The notes: a model not told the origin generated them from the sequence alone. Positions 48,466-58,266 are shown, counted from the stretch's first letter. The stretch is 64,000 bases of DNA from a bacterium (GCA_965219955.1 OZ244799.1:3392001-3456000); one strand, 5' to 3'. Translations and numbers: made by a program.

Positions 48466-49437
48466 CTATGAAAGCAGCTTCTTCGCCGCCGCCACGATCT
48501 TCTCCGTGCTGGGCAGGACGATGGCTTCGAGTTTCGTGTGAACGGGCACGGGCACGTCGAGGGCCGCCACGCGGGCGATGGGCGCCTTGAGCGCGCCGAA
48601 GGCCGCCTCCTGAACCGATGCGGCAATCTCGGCGCCCACGCCGCCGCTTTTATGCCCCTCCTCCGCGACGACGCAGCGGCCCGTTTTCCGCACAGACCCT
48701 GCAAGCCCCTCCACGTCCAGGGGATTGATGGTCCTGGGGTCCACCACCTCGGCGTCGACCCCCTCCCCGGCGAGCAACTCCGCGGCTTCCAGGCAACTAA
48801 GCGCCTGGCTTCCGATTCCGATGAGGGTGATGTCGCTGCCCTCTCGTTTCACCGCCGCCTTCCCGATGGGCTCGGTATGATCGCCCTCCGGCACGGGACC
48901 TTCCAGGGAGTAGAGCGCGCGGTACTCCACGAACAGGACGGGGTTGTCCTCCCTGATGGCGGACTTCAGGAGTCCCTTCACATCCGCCGGGTCGCTCGGC
49001 ACGATGACGCGCAGGCCCGGCACCTGGATGAACCAGGCTTCCAGGCACTGGCTGTGCGTGGGGCCGTTCTGGGAGTAGCCGCCCTCGGGCGCACGGATGA
49101 CCAGCGGCACGCTCACCTGCCCGCCGAGCATGTAGCGCAGCTTGGCCGCCTGGTTCGCGATGGGGTCGATGGCCAGCATCATGAAGTCGATGCGCCGCAT
49201 GTCGAGCACGGGCCGGTAGCCCGCCATCGCGGCGCCTACGGCCGCGCCGGTGAAGCCGAGTTCGCTGATGGGCGTGTTGCGCACCCGCTCGTGGCCGAAC
49301 CTGTCGCCCAGGCCCGCCGTGGCGGGCGAGATGGCGGAGAGCGCGACATCCTCACCCATCAGGAACACTTTTTCATCGCGCGCCATTTCCTCATGGAGCG
49401 CCTCGTTGATCGCCGTCGAATATGAAATAGTCCGCAT
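48466..49437 (-). CDS. TPP-dependent dehydrogenase E1 beta subunit, copy 1
   Basis: MGEDV, NTPISELGF, HSQCLEAW. Confidence 0.93.
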   Translation of the reverse strand: MRTISYSTAINEALHEEMARDEKVFLMGEDVALSAISPATAGLGDRFGHERVRNTPISELGFTGAAVGAAMAGYRPVLDMRRIDFMMLAIDPIANQAAKLRYMLGGQVSVPLVIRAPEGGYSQNGPTHSQCLEAWFIQVPGLRVIVPSDPADVKGLLKSAIREDNPVLFVEYRALYSLEGPVPEGDHTEPIGKAAVKREGSDITLIGIGSQALSCLEAAELLAGEGVDAEVVDPRTINPLDVEGLAGSVRKTGRCVVAEEGHKSGGVGAEIAASVQEAAFGALKAPIARVAALDVPVPVHTKLEAIVLPSTEKIVAAAKKLLS

Positions 49438-49444
49438 CTTCCCC

Positions 49445-50413
49445 TCAGGCATATAAATCCTCATACACGTCGTCCGGTTCGGGTTCGGGGCTTTGCCGCG
49501 CGAAGGCGAGCGCATCCCGCAATTCGTTTTCCACCGCTTCCCCGTGCGCTTTTTTCTGGGCCTCGCTCACGCCGAGAATTTCCTCCGCCACGAGCAGGGG
49601 GTCTTTCGCCTTCCACTCGTTCCACTCATCTTCCGTCCGGTACGGCCCGAACTGCGGGTCTTTTCTCGAGTGGCCGAAATACCGGTAGGTTTTCGCCTCG
49701 ATCAGGCTGGGGCCCAGGCCCCGCCTTGCGCGGTCCACGGCCTCGACCATCACCTCATGGACCGCCAGCACGTCCATGCCGTCCACCGTCACGCCGGGGA
49801 TGTCGTATCCTCCTGCCCGCGCGCTGATGTCCGCCACCGAGGTGGCGTAGCCCACCCGCGTGCTCGAGGCGAAATGGTTGTTCTCGCAAAAGAAGATGAC
49901 GGGAAGCTTCCAGATCGACGCCAGATTCACCGACTCGTGGAAGCTGCCCTCGTTCGCGGCGCCGTCGCCGAAGAAGACGACCGCCACCTGGCCTTTTCCC
50001 TCGAAATGAAAGGCGAGGCCGATGCCCACCGCCATGGGCATGTTCGAGCCCACGATGGAATGCGCCCCGTAGTGGCCCTTCGACACGTCGGCGATGTGCA
50101 TGGAGCCGCCCTTGGCGTGGCAAAGCCCCGTGGCCTTGCCCAGGAGTTCCGCCATCATCTCGGGCAGGCGCGTCCCCTTGGCGATGGAGTGGCCGTGGCC
50201 CCGGTGGGTGGTGAGAATCGCATCGTCTTCCCGGAGCGTGCTGCACGCGCCGACCGAGCAGCCCTCCTGGCCGATGCTCACGTGGATGCCGCCCACGACC
50301 TCGCCTTGTTCGAACAACTCGAACGCCGTCTCCTCGAACCTTCGTATGCGCAGCATGTCGCGGTACATCACCTGCATGCGCTCATCGCCCAAGGGCGCTT
50401 TTTCTTCAGCCAA
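49445..50413 (-). CDS. TPP-dependent dehydrogenase E1 alpha subunit, copy 1
   Basis: THRGHGH, GGSMH, FFGDGA...ENNHFA, TYRYFGHS. Confidence 0.93.
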   Translation of the reverse strand: MAEEKAPLGDERMQVMYRDMLRIRRFEETAFELFEQGEVVGGIHVSIGQEGCSVGACSTLREDDAILTTHRGHGHSIAKGTRLPEMMAELLGKATGLCHAKGGSMHIADVSKGHYGAHSIVGSNMPMAVGIGLAFHFEGKGQVAVVFFGDGAANEGSFHESVNLASIWKLPVIFFCENNHFASSTRVGYATSVADISARAGGYDIPGVTVDGMDVLAVHEVMVEAVDRARRGLGPSLIEAKTYRYFGHSRKDPQFGPYRTEDEWNEWKAKDPLLVAEEILGVSEAQKKAHGEAVENELRDALAFARQSPEPEPDDVYEDLYA

Positions 50414-50497
50414 AAGGTGTTCTCCTTCACGCGGGAGGATGGGTTTTCTCGTTTGGAGATGTCAAGATTCTCACAAATCACCCTATCGGGCCAGCCC

Positions 50498-50905
50498 TCA
50501 GCCGGATTTCGCCTTTTCCTCTTCGGCCTGCTCGTCGGCGATGCGCTTGAGCGCGTAGAGACCCTCCATCAGCACGGGGGCGCCGCCGCCGATGCTCGCC
50601 ACCTCGAACGCCTCGAGCGCCTCTTCCATCGTCGCGCCCAGGCGCAGGGCCTTTTTCGTGTGGGTGTAGACCTCGTGCTTCATGCCCTTGAAGGCGAGCA
50701 GGCCGATTTCGATGAGTTCGCGCGTCTTGGGGTCCAGATGGCGCGGCTTTTCTTTGAAGAACCCCCAGTGCATCTGCGAGTAGATCTCGAAATAATCCGG
50801 GTCCAGTTGCGCGCCGAAGCCGAGCACGTCGTACACGAACCCCCTGTCTCCATGAATCTTCTCCGTGATGCGCTTTACCTTTTCTTCTCTCGTTTCTTCC
50901 GCCAT
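50498..50905 (-). CDS. Carboxymuconolactone decarboxylase (CMD/AhpD-like) family protein
   Basis: LDPKTRELI, HTKKALRLGATMEE; no CxxC. Confidence 0.85.
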   Translation of the reverse strand: MAEETREEKVKRITEKIHGDRGFVYDVLGFGAQLDPDYFEIYSQMHWGFFKEKPRHLDPKTRELIEIGLLAFKGMKHEVYTHTKKALRLGATMEEALEAFEVASIGGGAPVLMEGLYALKRIADEQAEEEKAKSG

Positions 50906-50978
50906 GTTCTTCTCCTTATGCGAACAAGATAAAGGCGGAGGTCTCCGAGTCAGGAAACCCCCGCCTGAAAAAGCGGTC

Positions 50979-52151
50979 CTACGCCGTACCGAACCTGTCC
51001 ATCCACCAGTCCGCTATCCAGTCCCCGCACATCGGCAGGTTGTCGAACACGCAGTGCTGGCTGCCGCCGTCCTCGACGGTGAAGATTTTCAGTTCCTTCT
51101 CCCCGGAGCCGCACGCCTCATAGAGCCTGTGGGCCATATCGACCGGCACGATGTTGTCGTCCTGCCCGTGGGTGATGCAGATGGGCATGCGTATCTTCTC
51201 GGCGACGCCCGCCAGGGTGTAGGCCCTGCATTTTTCCATCGCGGAATCCATGTCCGGCGTCCCGAGCACCCAGGGCAGCTGCCACATGGCCGAGGAGGAG
51301 ATGGTGCCGCCGCTTTCGAGCACCTTTCTCCTGTGCACCCAGACCTCGTGGTAGTCGAAATGCGCCCCCCAGGTGAGGCACGCCGCATAGCGGTGCTCGA
51401 AGGCGGCGATGCGCGGCGCGTAATATCCGCCCATGCTCATGGCCATCAGGCCGATGCGCGCGGAATCCACCTCGGGTCGCGCGTCCAGAAAATCGAACGC
51501 GGCTGTTCCCGCCACCTCGTAATCCGGGCGGCTCGGTATCTTCCCGAGCCTGAGCGTCTCGCCCTGGCCGGGGCCGTCCACGCAGAGCACCCCGACGCCG
51601 CGCTCTATGAGAGCCAGCGCGCCCCACAAGACGGTGATCTCCTTGGAGCCGTCCAGCCCGTCGAAAAATGCGACGTACGGATCATTGCCCGTCGGGTTCT
51701 TGGGCGGAAGGAGGTACGCCGCCAGCGGGCCTTCCTCGTAGGGAACGTCGGCGCGCTCGAATCCGGGCACGCGGTATTTCATCCCCTTCTCGTAGTGGGG
51801 CAGGAGCTTTCTGTAGGATTCGGACTTTCTCGGGTCGTCGGGGTGGACGAAGCGCTCGCTCGCGTAGCGGTAAATCGCGCTCCGCACGTAGGCCGCCATG
51901 GCGGTGCGCTCGTGGCCCTTTCGCTCCTCGTTCTCCGCGCGGGCGAGCGTCTTGTCCGACATCCAGGACCAGGCGTCGTGCCAGGCTTCGGCGTCGCCCG
52001 CCCGTCCGCTCAGGCGTTTTCCGATCTGATCAATTTCGTGGAAGTTCGAGCCCCCCACCGCGGCGATGTTGATTTGGCCGCTCATCAACTGCGACCAGAG
52101 ATAGTGCTCCGGGAAATAACGAAACCACGAGCCGATAATGTTCTCCGACAT
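50979..52151 (-). CDS. Alpha/beta hydrolase, DHPON-hydrolase/FrsA-like (paralog 3)
   Basis: FDGLDGSKE, DGPGQGE, GLMAMSMGGYYAPR, GGSQHC. Confidence 0.85.
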   Translation of the reverse strand: MSENIIGSWFRYFPEHYLWSQLMSGQINIAAVGGSNFHEIDQIGKRLSGRAGDAEAWHDAWSWMSDKTLARAENEERKGHERTAMAAYVRSAIYRYASERFVHPDDPRKSESYRKLLPHYEKGMKYRVPGFERADVPYEEGPLAAYLLPPKNPTGNDPYVAFFDGLDGSKEITVLWGALALIERGVGVLCVDGPGQGETLRLGKIPSRPDYEVAGTAAFDFLDARPEVDSARIGLMAMSMGGYYAPRIAAFEHRYAACLTWGAHFDYHEVWVHRRKVLESGGTISSSAMWQLPWVLGTPDMDSAMEKCRAYTLAGVAEKIRMPICITHGQDDNIVPVDMAHRLYEACGSGEKELKIFTVEDGGSQHCVFDNLPMCGDWIADWWMDRFGTA

Positions 52152-52416
52152 GAAAAGCCTCCTTCCAGGTTGAATCCATTCACATAGCAAGCCGTTTCGC
52201 GATGCGGAGAACATACACGCAACGCCTGCGCGTTCACAAGGAAACTTTGTGGCGAATCACCCGTCCCGAGCTTTGACGCTTGATTCGCATCCGTGATAAT
52301 TTTCCTGAATACAAGGACAGGCAAACTACTCGACACTCTCAGAATTTCAAAAGATGTTTTCATCTTCACCGGAGCAGGTTTTGCAAGCTGTTCTATTCCT
52401 TAAAGGAGGAAAACCC

Positions 52417-53946
52417 ATGCGGAAGTTTCTCGTAATCCTGGCCGTCTTCGCCATACTGGCGATGGGCGCGCCCGTGACGGCTGACGCGAAGAGCACCGTC
52501 ACCATCGCCCTCTCGGGCGAACCACCGACGATGGACCCGCACCGCGTCTCGAACTTCGTCGGCGCGATGGTCTGGCGTTGGAGCTACGACACCCTTCTTC
52601 ACGCCGAGACCGGAACCGGCGAGAAAAAGCCCTGGCTCGCCACGAAGTGGACCCAACTCGGTCCCCTGAAGTGGAAGTTCCAGCTGAGAAAGGGCGTCAA
52701 GTTCTCGGACGGCTCGCCCTTCACGGCGGAGAGCTTCAAGTACACCATCAGCCGCATCATGAAGTCCGCGCGGCAGAGGCAGTACTTCAAGAACATCGAA
52801 AAGATCGAAGTCATCGACGACCACACCTTCATCTATCATAATAGAGAACCCGACGGCGGCATGTGGAACCGCCTGACCCGCTGGGCCGGCCCCATCAGCC
52901 TGAAAACCAAGGGCATGGAACTCGCCCACATCTCGCGCAACACCTACGGTACGGGCCCCTACGTCCTGAAATCCTGGACCAAGGGCCAGAAGATGGTGTT
53001 CGACGCGAACCCGAACTGGTGGAACAACAAGAACTTCCCGAAGCGGCCGCAGCGTGTCGTCCTCCGCCGCATCCGCGAGAGCGCCACGCGCGCCAAGGCG
53101 CTGCAGGCGGGCGAGATCGACGTGGCCTGGGGCATCATGCCGCAGTTCATCCCCCAGCTCGAGAAAAACCCGAAGACGAAAGTCGCCGTCGTCCCCGCCG
53201 TGCGCATCATGCACATGGGCTTCTTCACCAGACACGGCGGCCCGATGGCCAACGTGAAGGTGCGCCAGGCGATCAACTACGCCATCGACGCGGAAGCCAT
53301 CCGCACCACCATCCTGGGCGGACGCGCGGACCTGTTCGGCCAGATGCTCCACCCCTGGAACTACTCGGGCTACAACCCCAAGAAAAAATGGTACGGCTAC
53401 GACCCGGCCAAGGCGAAGGCCCTCCTCAAGGAAGCCGGCCACGAAAAGGGCTTCAAGATGGAAGTCATCGCCACGAACGGCCGCTACCCTGGCGACAAGG
53501 CCACGTGTGAGGCCATCGCCGGCATGGTCAAGAAAATCGGCGTGGACGCCACGTGCAACTCCCAGCGCTTCCCGCTCTTCAAGAAGCTGCACCGCGCCTA
53601 CAAGGCCGGCAAGAAAAAAGGCGCCGCCGCCTACTACATGGGCTTCGGCAACGGCCAGGGCGACTCCACCTCCGTGCTTCGCGGAACGTCGAGCTGCAAA
53701 GGCCCCTGGAGCGGCATGTGCTACCCGGAACTGGATAAGGCGATCGACGCGGCCACGGCTACCGTCGACCCGAAGAAACAGCAGATGGCGTTCGAAGGCG
53801 TAACCGACTTAATGAAAAAACTGGTCACGCACAAGATCGTCGTGAAGATCCACGACGTGCTCGGCCATGGTTCGAACCTGAAATGGACCCCGCGCCACGA
53901 CGAGACGCTTCTCCCCTGGGAGATCGGAGTGCTCGGCATGAACTAG
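52417..53946 (+). CDS. ABC transporter substrate-binding protein family 5 (copy 1)
   Basis: Signal peptide, EPPTMDPH, LRKGVKFSDG, GTGPY, KVRQAINYAID. Confidence 0.93.
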   Translation: MRKFLVILAVFAILAMGAPVTADAKSTVTIALSGEPPTMDPHRVSNFVGAMVWRWSYDTLLHAETGTGEKKPWLATKWTQLGPLKWKFQLRKGVKFSDGSPFTAESFKYTISRIMKSARQRQYFKNIEKIEVIDDHTFIYHNREPDGGMWNRLTRWAGPISLKTKGMELAHISRNTYGTGPYVLKSWTKGQKMVFDANPNWWNNKNFPKRPQRVVLRRIRESATRAKALQAGEIDVAWGIMPQFIPQLEKNPKTKVAVVPAVRIMHMGFFTRHGGPMANVKVRQAINYAIDAEAIRTTILGGRADLFGQMLHPWNYSGYNPKKKWYGYDPAKAKALLKEAGHEKGFKMEVIATNGRYPGDKATCEAIAGMVKKIGVDATCNSQRFPLFKKLHRAYKAGKKKGAAAYYMGFGNGQGDSTSVLRGTSSCKGPWSGMCYPELDKAIDAATATVDPKKQQMAFEGVTDLMKKLVTHKIVVKIHDVLGHGSNLKWTPRHDETLLPWEIGVLGMN

Positions 53947-53969
53947 GCGGGTATTTTTGCCGCATCACG

Positions 53970-54006
53970 CCGCGGGGGGTGGATAGGCACCCCCCGCGGT
54001 TTTTTT
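53970..54006 (+). terminator. Rho-independent terminator
   Basis: CCGCGGGGGGTG/CACCCCCCGCGG stem followed by T7. Confidence 0.85.
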
Positions 54007-54044
54007 ACCTTCACGAATCAACCGCTCATCTGCGAAGTTCAACT

Positions 54045-54140
54045 ATGAGACTCGGCATCTTTCTGTCCGCTCAGCAACTGCGGCCAAAGATAGCGCTCCC
54101 CGAAATTCAGAAACCACGAGCCGATTACGTTCTCCACCGT
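54045..54140. pseudogene. Duplication-junction chimera: first codons of the LLM gene (+) joined to the 5' end of hydrolase paralog 3 (-)
   Basis: 54045-54077 matches 56037-56069; 54075-54140 matches 52086-52151. Confidence 0.85.
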
Positions 54141-54408
54141 TAAGCCTCCTCCTCCTGGAAACGTCGGACGCATTCATATATTACACTTCGCGGTACGGGG
54201 AACATGCACGCGATGTCCCCGCGTTCACCAGGAATCCAGGCGGCGACAAGTCGTTTCCCTGCTTTGACGCTTTGTTCTCATCCGTGATAGATTTTTCGCA
54301 TACAACAAAAAAGAGAAAGCGACGTAACTCTCTCGAGGAACCAAAGAGGTGTATTTGTTCTTCACCGGGGCAGGTATTGCAACCTGTCCCTCCAAAGGAG
54401 GAAAACCC

Positions 54409-55938
54409 ATGCGGAAATTTCTCGTAATCCTGGCGGTCTTCGCGGTTCTGGCGATGGGCGCGCCCGTGACGGCTGACGCGAAAAGCACCGTCACCATCGC
54501 CCTGACGGGCGAACCACCGACGATGGACCCGCACCGCGTCTCGAACTTCATCGGCGCGATGGTCTGGCGTTGGAGTTATGACACCCTTATTCACGCCGAG
54601 ACCGGAACGGGCGCGAAAAAGCCCTGGCTCGCCACGAAGTGGGTGAAAGTAACCCCCAAGAGCGCGAAGTTCCATCTGAGAAAGGGCGTCAAGTTCTCGG
54701 ACGGCACGCGCCTGACGGCGGAAAACTTCAAGTACACGATGACCCGTGTCTTGAAATCCGCGCGCCAGAGAACATACTTCAAGAACTTCGACAAAATCGA
54801 AATTCTCGACGACAACACTTTCATCTACCACAACAAACAGCCCGACAGCGGTATGTGGAACCGCCTGACCCGCTGGGCCGGCTCCATCAGCCTGAAGACC
54901 AAGGGCATGGAACTCGCCCACATCTCGCGCAACACCTACGGCACGGGCCCCTACGTCCTGAAATCCTGGACCAAGGGCCAGAAGATGGTGTTCGACGCGA
55001 ACCCGAACTGGTGGAACAACAAGAACTTCCCGAAGCGGCCGCAGCGCATCGTCCTCCGCCGCATCCGCGAGAGCGCCACGCGCGCCAAGGCGTTACAAGC
55101 GGGCGAGATCGACGTGGCCTGGGGCATCATGCCGCAGTTCATCCCCCAGCTCGAGAAAAACCCGAAGACGGCAGTCGCCGTCGTCCCCGCCGTGCGCATC
55201 ATGCACATGGGCTTCTTCACGAGACACGGCGGCCCGATGGCCAACGTGAAGGTGCGCCAGGCGATCAACTACGCCATCGACGCGGAAGCCATCCGCACGA
55301 CCATCCTGGGCGGACGCGCCGACCTGTTCGGCCAGATGCTCCACCCCTGGAACTACTCGGGCTACAACCCCAAGAAAAAATGGTACGGCTACGACCCGGC
55401 CAAGGCGAAGGCCCTCCTGAAAGAAACCGGCCACGAAAAGGGCTTCAAGATGGAAATCGTCGCCACGAACGGCCGCTACCCGGGCGACAAGGCCACGTGT
55501 GAGGCCATCGCCGGCATGGTCAAGAAAGTCGGCGTGGACGCCACGTGCAACTCCCAGCGCTTCCCGCTCTTCAAGAAGCTACACCGCGCCTACAAGGCCG
55601 GCAAGAAAAAAGGCGCTGCGGCCTACTACATGGGCTTCGGCAACGGCGGGGGTGATTCCTCCGGCGTGCTTCGCGGAACCTCAGGCTGCAAAGGCGCCTG
55701 GAGCGGCATGTGCTTCAAGGAGTTGGACGCCCTGATCGACAAGGCCAACGCCACCGTCGACGAGAAAGAGCAGCAGATGGCGTTCGAGGCCGTGACCGAC
55801 AAGATGAAAGCATTGGCCACGCACAAGATCGTCGTGAAGATCCACGACGTGCTCGGCCACCGGGCGAACCTCAAGTGGACCCCGCGCCACGACGAGACGC
55901 TTCTCCCCTGGGAGATCGAAGTGCTCGGCATGAACTAA
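54409..55938 (+). CDS. ABC transporter substrate-binding protein family 5 (copy 2)
   Basis: Same length as copy 1 and largely identical to it. Confidence 0.93.
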   Translation: MRKFLVILAVFAVLAMGAPVTADAKSTVTIALTGEPPTMDPHRVSNFIGAMVWRWSYDTLIHAETGTGAKKPWLATKWVKVTPKSAKFHLRKGVKFSDGTRLTAENFKYTMTRVLKSARQRTYFKNFDKIEILDDNTFIYHNKQPDSGMWNRLTRWAGSISLKTKGMELAHISRNTYGTGPYVLKSWTKGQKMVFDANPNWWNNKNFPKRPQRIVLRRIRESATRAKALQAGEIDVAWGIMPQFIPQLEKNPKTAVAVVPAVRIMHMGFFTRHGGPMANVKVRQAINYAIDAEAIRTTILGGRADLFGQMLHPWNYSGYNPKKKWYGYDPAKAKALLKETGHEKGFKMEIVATNGRYPGDKATCEAIAGMVKKVGVDATCNSQRFPLFKKLHRAYKAGKKKGAAAYYMGFGNGGGDSSGVLRGTSGCKGAWSGMCFKELDALIDKANATVDEKEQQMAFEAVTDKMKALATHKIVVKIHDVLGHRANLKWTPRHDETLLPWEIEVLGMN

Positions 55939-55961
55939 GCGGGTGTTTTCGCTGCATCACG

Positions 55962-55997
55962 CCGCGGGGGGTGCTCGACGCCCCCCGCGGTTTTTTT
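55962..55997 (+). terminator. Rho-independent terminator (duplicate of 53970)
   Basis: CCGCGGGGGG/CCCCCCGCGG stem followed by T7. Confidence 0.82.
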
Positions 55998-56036
55998 ACA
56001 CCTTCAAGGACAAACCGCTTTTTTTGAGGTTCAGAT

Positions 56037-57044
56037 ATGAAATTCGGCATCTTTCTGTCCGCACAGCAAACCCTGGACGCCAATCTGGTAGAAGCCTTTC
56101 ATTCTCAAATAGACCTTGTTCGCCTTACGCGTGACAAGGGTTGGGATTCTTTTTTCACCGGACAGCACTACCTGAGCGAAGGCAACGTGCAGCACCTGCA
56201 GAACCTGCCCTTTCTCGCGCGGCTCAAGGCCGAGGCGGGCGACATGATGCTCGGCATCGGTGTGTTGCTCATCAACCTGCACAACCCGGTCTACGTGGCG
56301 GAGACCGTCGCCACCATGGACGTCATCGCCGAGGGCAACATGGCGTTCGGCGTCGGCCTCGGCTACCGCGACGTGGAGTTCGACGCCTTCGGCGTCCGGC
56401 GGGGCGAGCGGTTGAAGCGCTTCGTGGACTGCCTCGAACTGGTGAAGCGCCTGTGGACGGAAGAATCCGTGTCGTTCGAGAGCGAATACTGCACGCTCGA
56501 AGACGTGCGCATGAACATGCGTCCCGTGCAAAAACCGCATCCGCCCATCTGGTTCGCGGCGAACAACGACCCGGCCGTGAAGCGCGCGGCGCACATGGGC
56601 GACACGCTGTTCATCAACCCCCACGCCACCACGCAGACCATCGCGCGCCAGATGGACGTCTACCGCGAAGGCCTGGCGGAGGCGGGAAAACCCTTCCCGG
56701 AAGAGCTTCCCTGCATGAAGGAGGTCTTCTGCGCCAGGGACAGGAAAACGGCGCTCGAACTCGCAGGCCCCTATCTCGGCCAGAAATACAGGGACTACGC
56801 ACGATGGGGGCAGGACAAGGCACTGCCCGGAGATGAAACCTTCGAACAGCCCTTCGAGGACCTGCTCAAGGATCGCTTCGTCATCGGCTCGCCGGAGGAT
56901 TGCTACGATCAGCTAAAACCCTACAAGGATATGGGCGTGAACCATCTCATCATCCGCACGCACTGGATCGGCATGCCCGCGTCCTCGGCGCTCGAAAGCG
57001 CGCGGCTCATCTCCGACGAACTCATGCCCGCGCTGAAAGCGTAG
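56037..57044 (+). CDS. LLM class flavin-dependent oxidoreductase
   Basis: MKFGIF, HNPVYVAETVATMD, GVGLGYR..EF, PVQKPHPPIW. Confidence 0.92.
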   Translation: MKFGIFLSAQQTLDANLVEAFHSQIDLVRLTRDKGWDSFFTGQHYLSEGNVQHLQNLPFLARLKAEAGDMMLGIGVLLINLHNPVYVAETVATMDVIAEGNMAFGVGLGYRDVEFDAFGVRRGERLKRFVDCLELVKRLWTEESVSFESEYCTLEDVRMNMRPVQKPHPPIWFAANNDPAVKRAAHMGDTLFINPHATTQTIARQMDVYREGLAEAGKPFPEELPCMKEVFCARDRKTALELAGPYLGQKYRDYARWGQDKALPGDETFEQPFEDLLKDRFVIGSPEDCYDQLKPYKDMGVNHLIIRTHWIGMPASSALESARLISDELMPALKA

Positions 57045-57075
57045 AACGCTCCCGAGCCCGGAAGGAGACACCATC

Positions 57076-58266
57076 ATGGCCTCTGCAAAAGACTTCCCCC
57101 GCTACCCGAAAACCGAATACGCCCGCCGCTACCGCGAGATCAGAAAAAGAATGCGCGCGCGGGGAATCGACGTCCTCATCTTCTACGGGGATTCGGGAAT
57201 GCAGGGCGGCAACCAGGCCAACCTCAAATACGTCACGAACTACAAGGACCCGGTGAGCAGTTTCTTCGTCTTTCCGCTCAGGGGCGCGCCCGCCCTTTTC
57301 ATATCGAACAGGCTCTACCTCCCCTACGCCAAAAAGATGAGCATCATCGCGAAGACGGAAGCCGTGGACTACGAGCCGGGCGCGAAGGTCGAAGGACGCA
57401 TCCGCGAACTGGGACTCGAGAAAGGGACCATCGGCCTGGTCGGCTTTCGCGGCATTCTGCCTGTCTCCATGCCGTTCAGCGTGGTGGACCACTGGCGAAA
57501 GGCCCTCAAAGGCGCAGAATTCACCGACGCTTCGGACATCCTCGCCGAGGTGCGGCTCATCAAGAGTCGTGAGGAACTCAAGTGGTTCCGGCGCGGCGCG
57601 GCGCTCACCGACATGGCCTTCGAAGCCCTGGATAAAAAAGCGAAGATCGGCATGAACGAGTTCGAACTCGCCGCCACCATCTCCGGCGCATACGTGCCAA
57701 AAGGCGGGAGCCCGCAGCTCATCTTCGTGGGTTCGACCTCCATGGCGAGGCCGCAGCTCATCTTCCCGAACCAGTTCCCTTCGCACCGCAAGATCAGAAA
57801 AGGCGACATCGTGCTGACGGAGTTATCCGCAGATTACGAGATGCACCCCGGCCAGGCGCACCGGCCCATCTCCGTCGGAGTGGCGCCGACCCCCATCTAC
57901 CGGAAACTCTACGAAGTGGGCGTGGAAGCCTACGAGCGCATCCTCAAGGCGTTGAAGCCGGGCAATACGCACGAGGACATCAAGCGCGCGGGCTCCATCA
58001 TCGAGGAGGAGGGCTTCACGACCTTCGACACCACCTTCCACGGCTGGGGGCTGCTGATCGAAAACCCCCGCGTCGACGTGGCCGCCACCATCCTCAAGCG
58101 CCCCCAGAACGAGATCACCTTCACCGAAGGCATGCTCATGGTGATTCAGCCCAACGTCTGCACGGCGGACGGCAAGCGCGGCCTCCAGGTGGGAAACCTC
58201 GTGGAAGTCACCAAAACAGGCGCGCGCGCCCTCCAGAAGTTCCCCATGAAGTTCATGCGCATATAA
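57076..58266 (+). CDS. M24 (pita-bread fold) creatinase/Xaa-Pro peptidase-like hydrolase
   Basis: Creatinase_N-like N-terminus, RLIKSREE, FHGWGL; the metal ligands look substituted. Confidence 0.85.
   Translation: MASAKDFPRYPKTEYARRYREIRKRMRARGIDVLIFYGDSGMQGGNQANLKYVTNYKDPVSSFFVFPLRGAPALFISNRLYLPYAKKMSIIAKTEAVDYEPGAKVEGRIRELGLEKGTIGLVGFRGILPVSMPFSVVDHWRKALKGAEFTDASDILAEVRLIKSREELKWFRRGAALTDMAFEALDKKAKIGMNEFELAATISGAYVPKGGSPQLIFVGSTSMARPQLIFPNQFPSHRKIRKGDIVLTELSADYEMHPGQAHRPISVGVAPTPIYRKLYEVGVEAYERILKALKPGNTHEDIKRAGSIIEEEGFTTFDTTFHGWGLLIENPRVDVAATILKRPQNEITFTEGMLMVIQPNVCTADGKRGLQVGNLVEVTKTGARALQKFPMKFMRI

Noticed and set aside
50498-50905. CMD/AhpD protein as a peroxidase or second selenoprotein
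   Set aside because: No CxxC motif, and the terminal TGA is followed by another stop within five codons.
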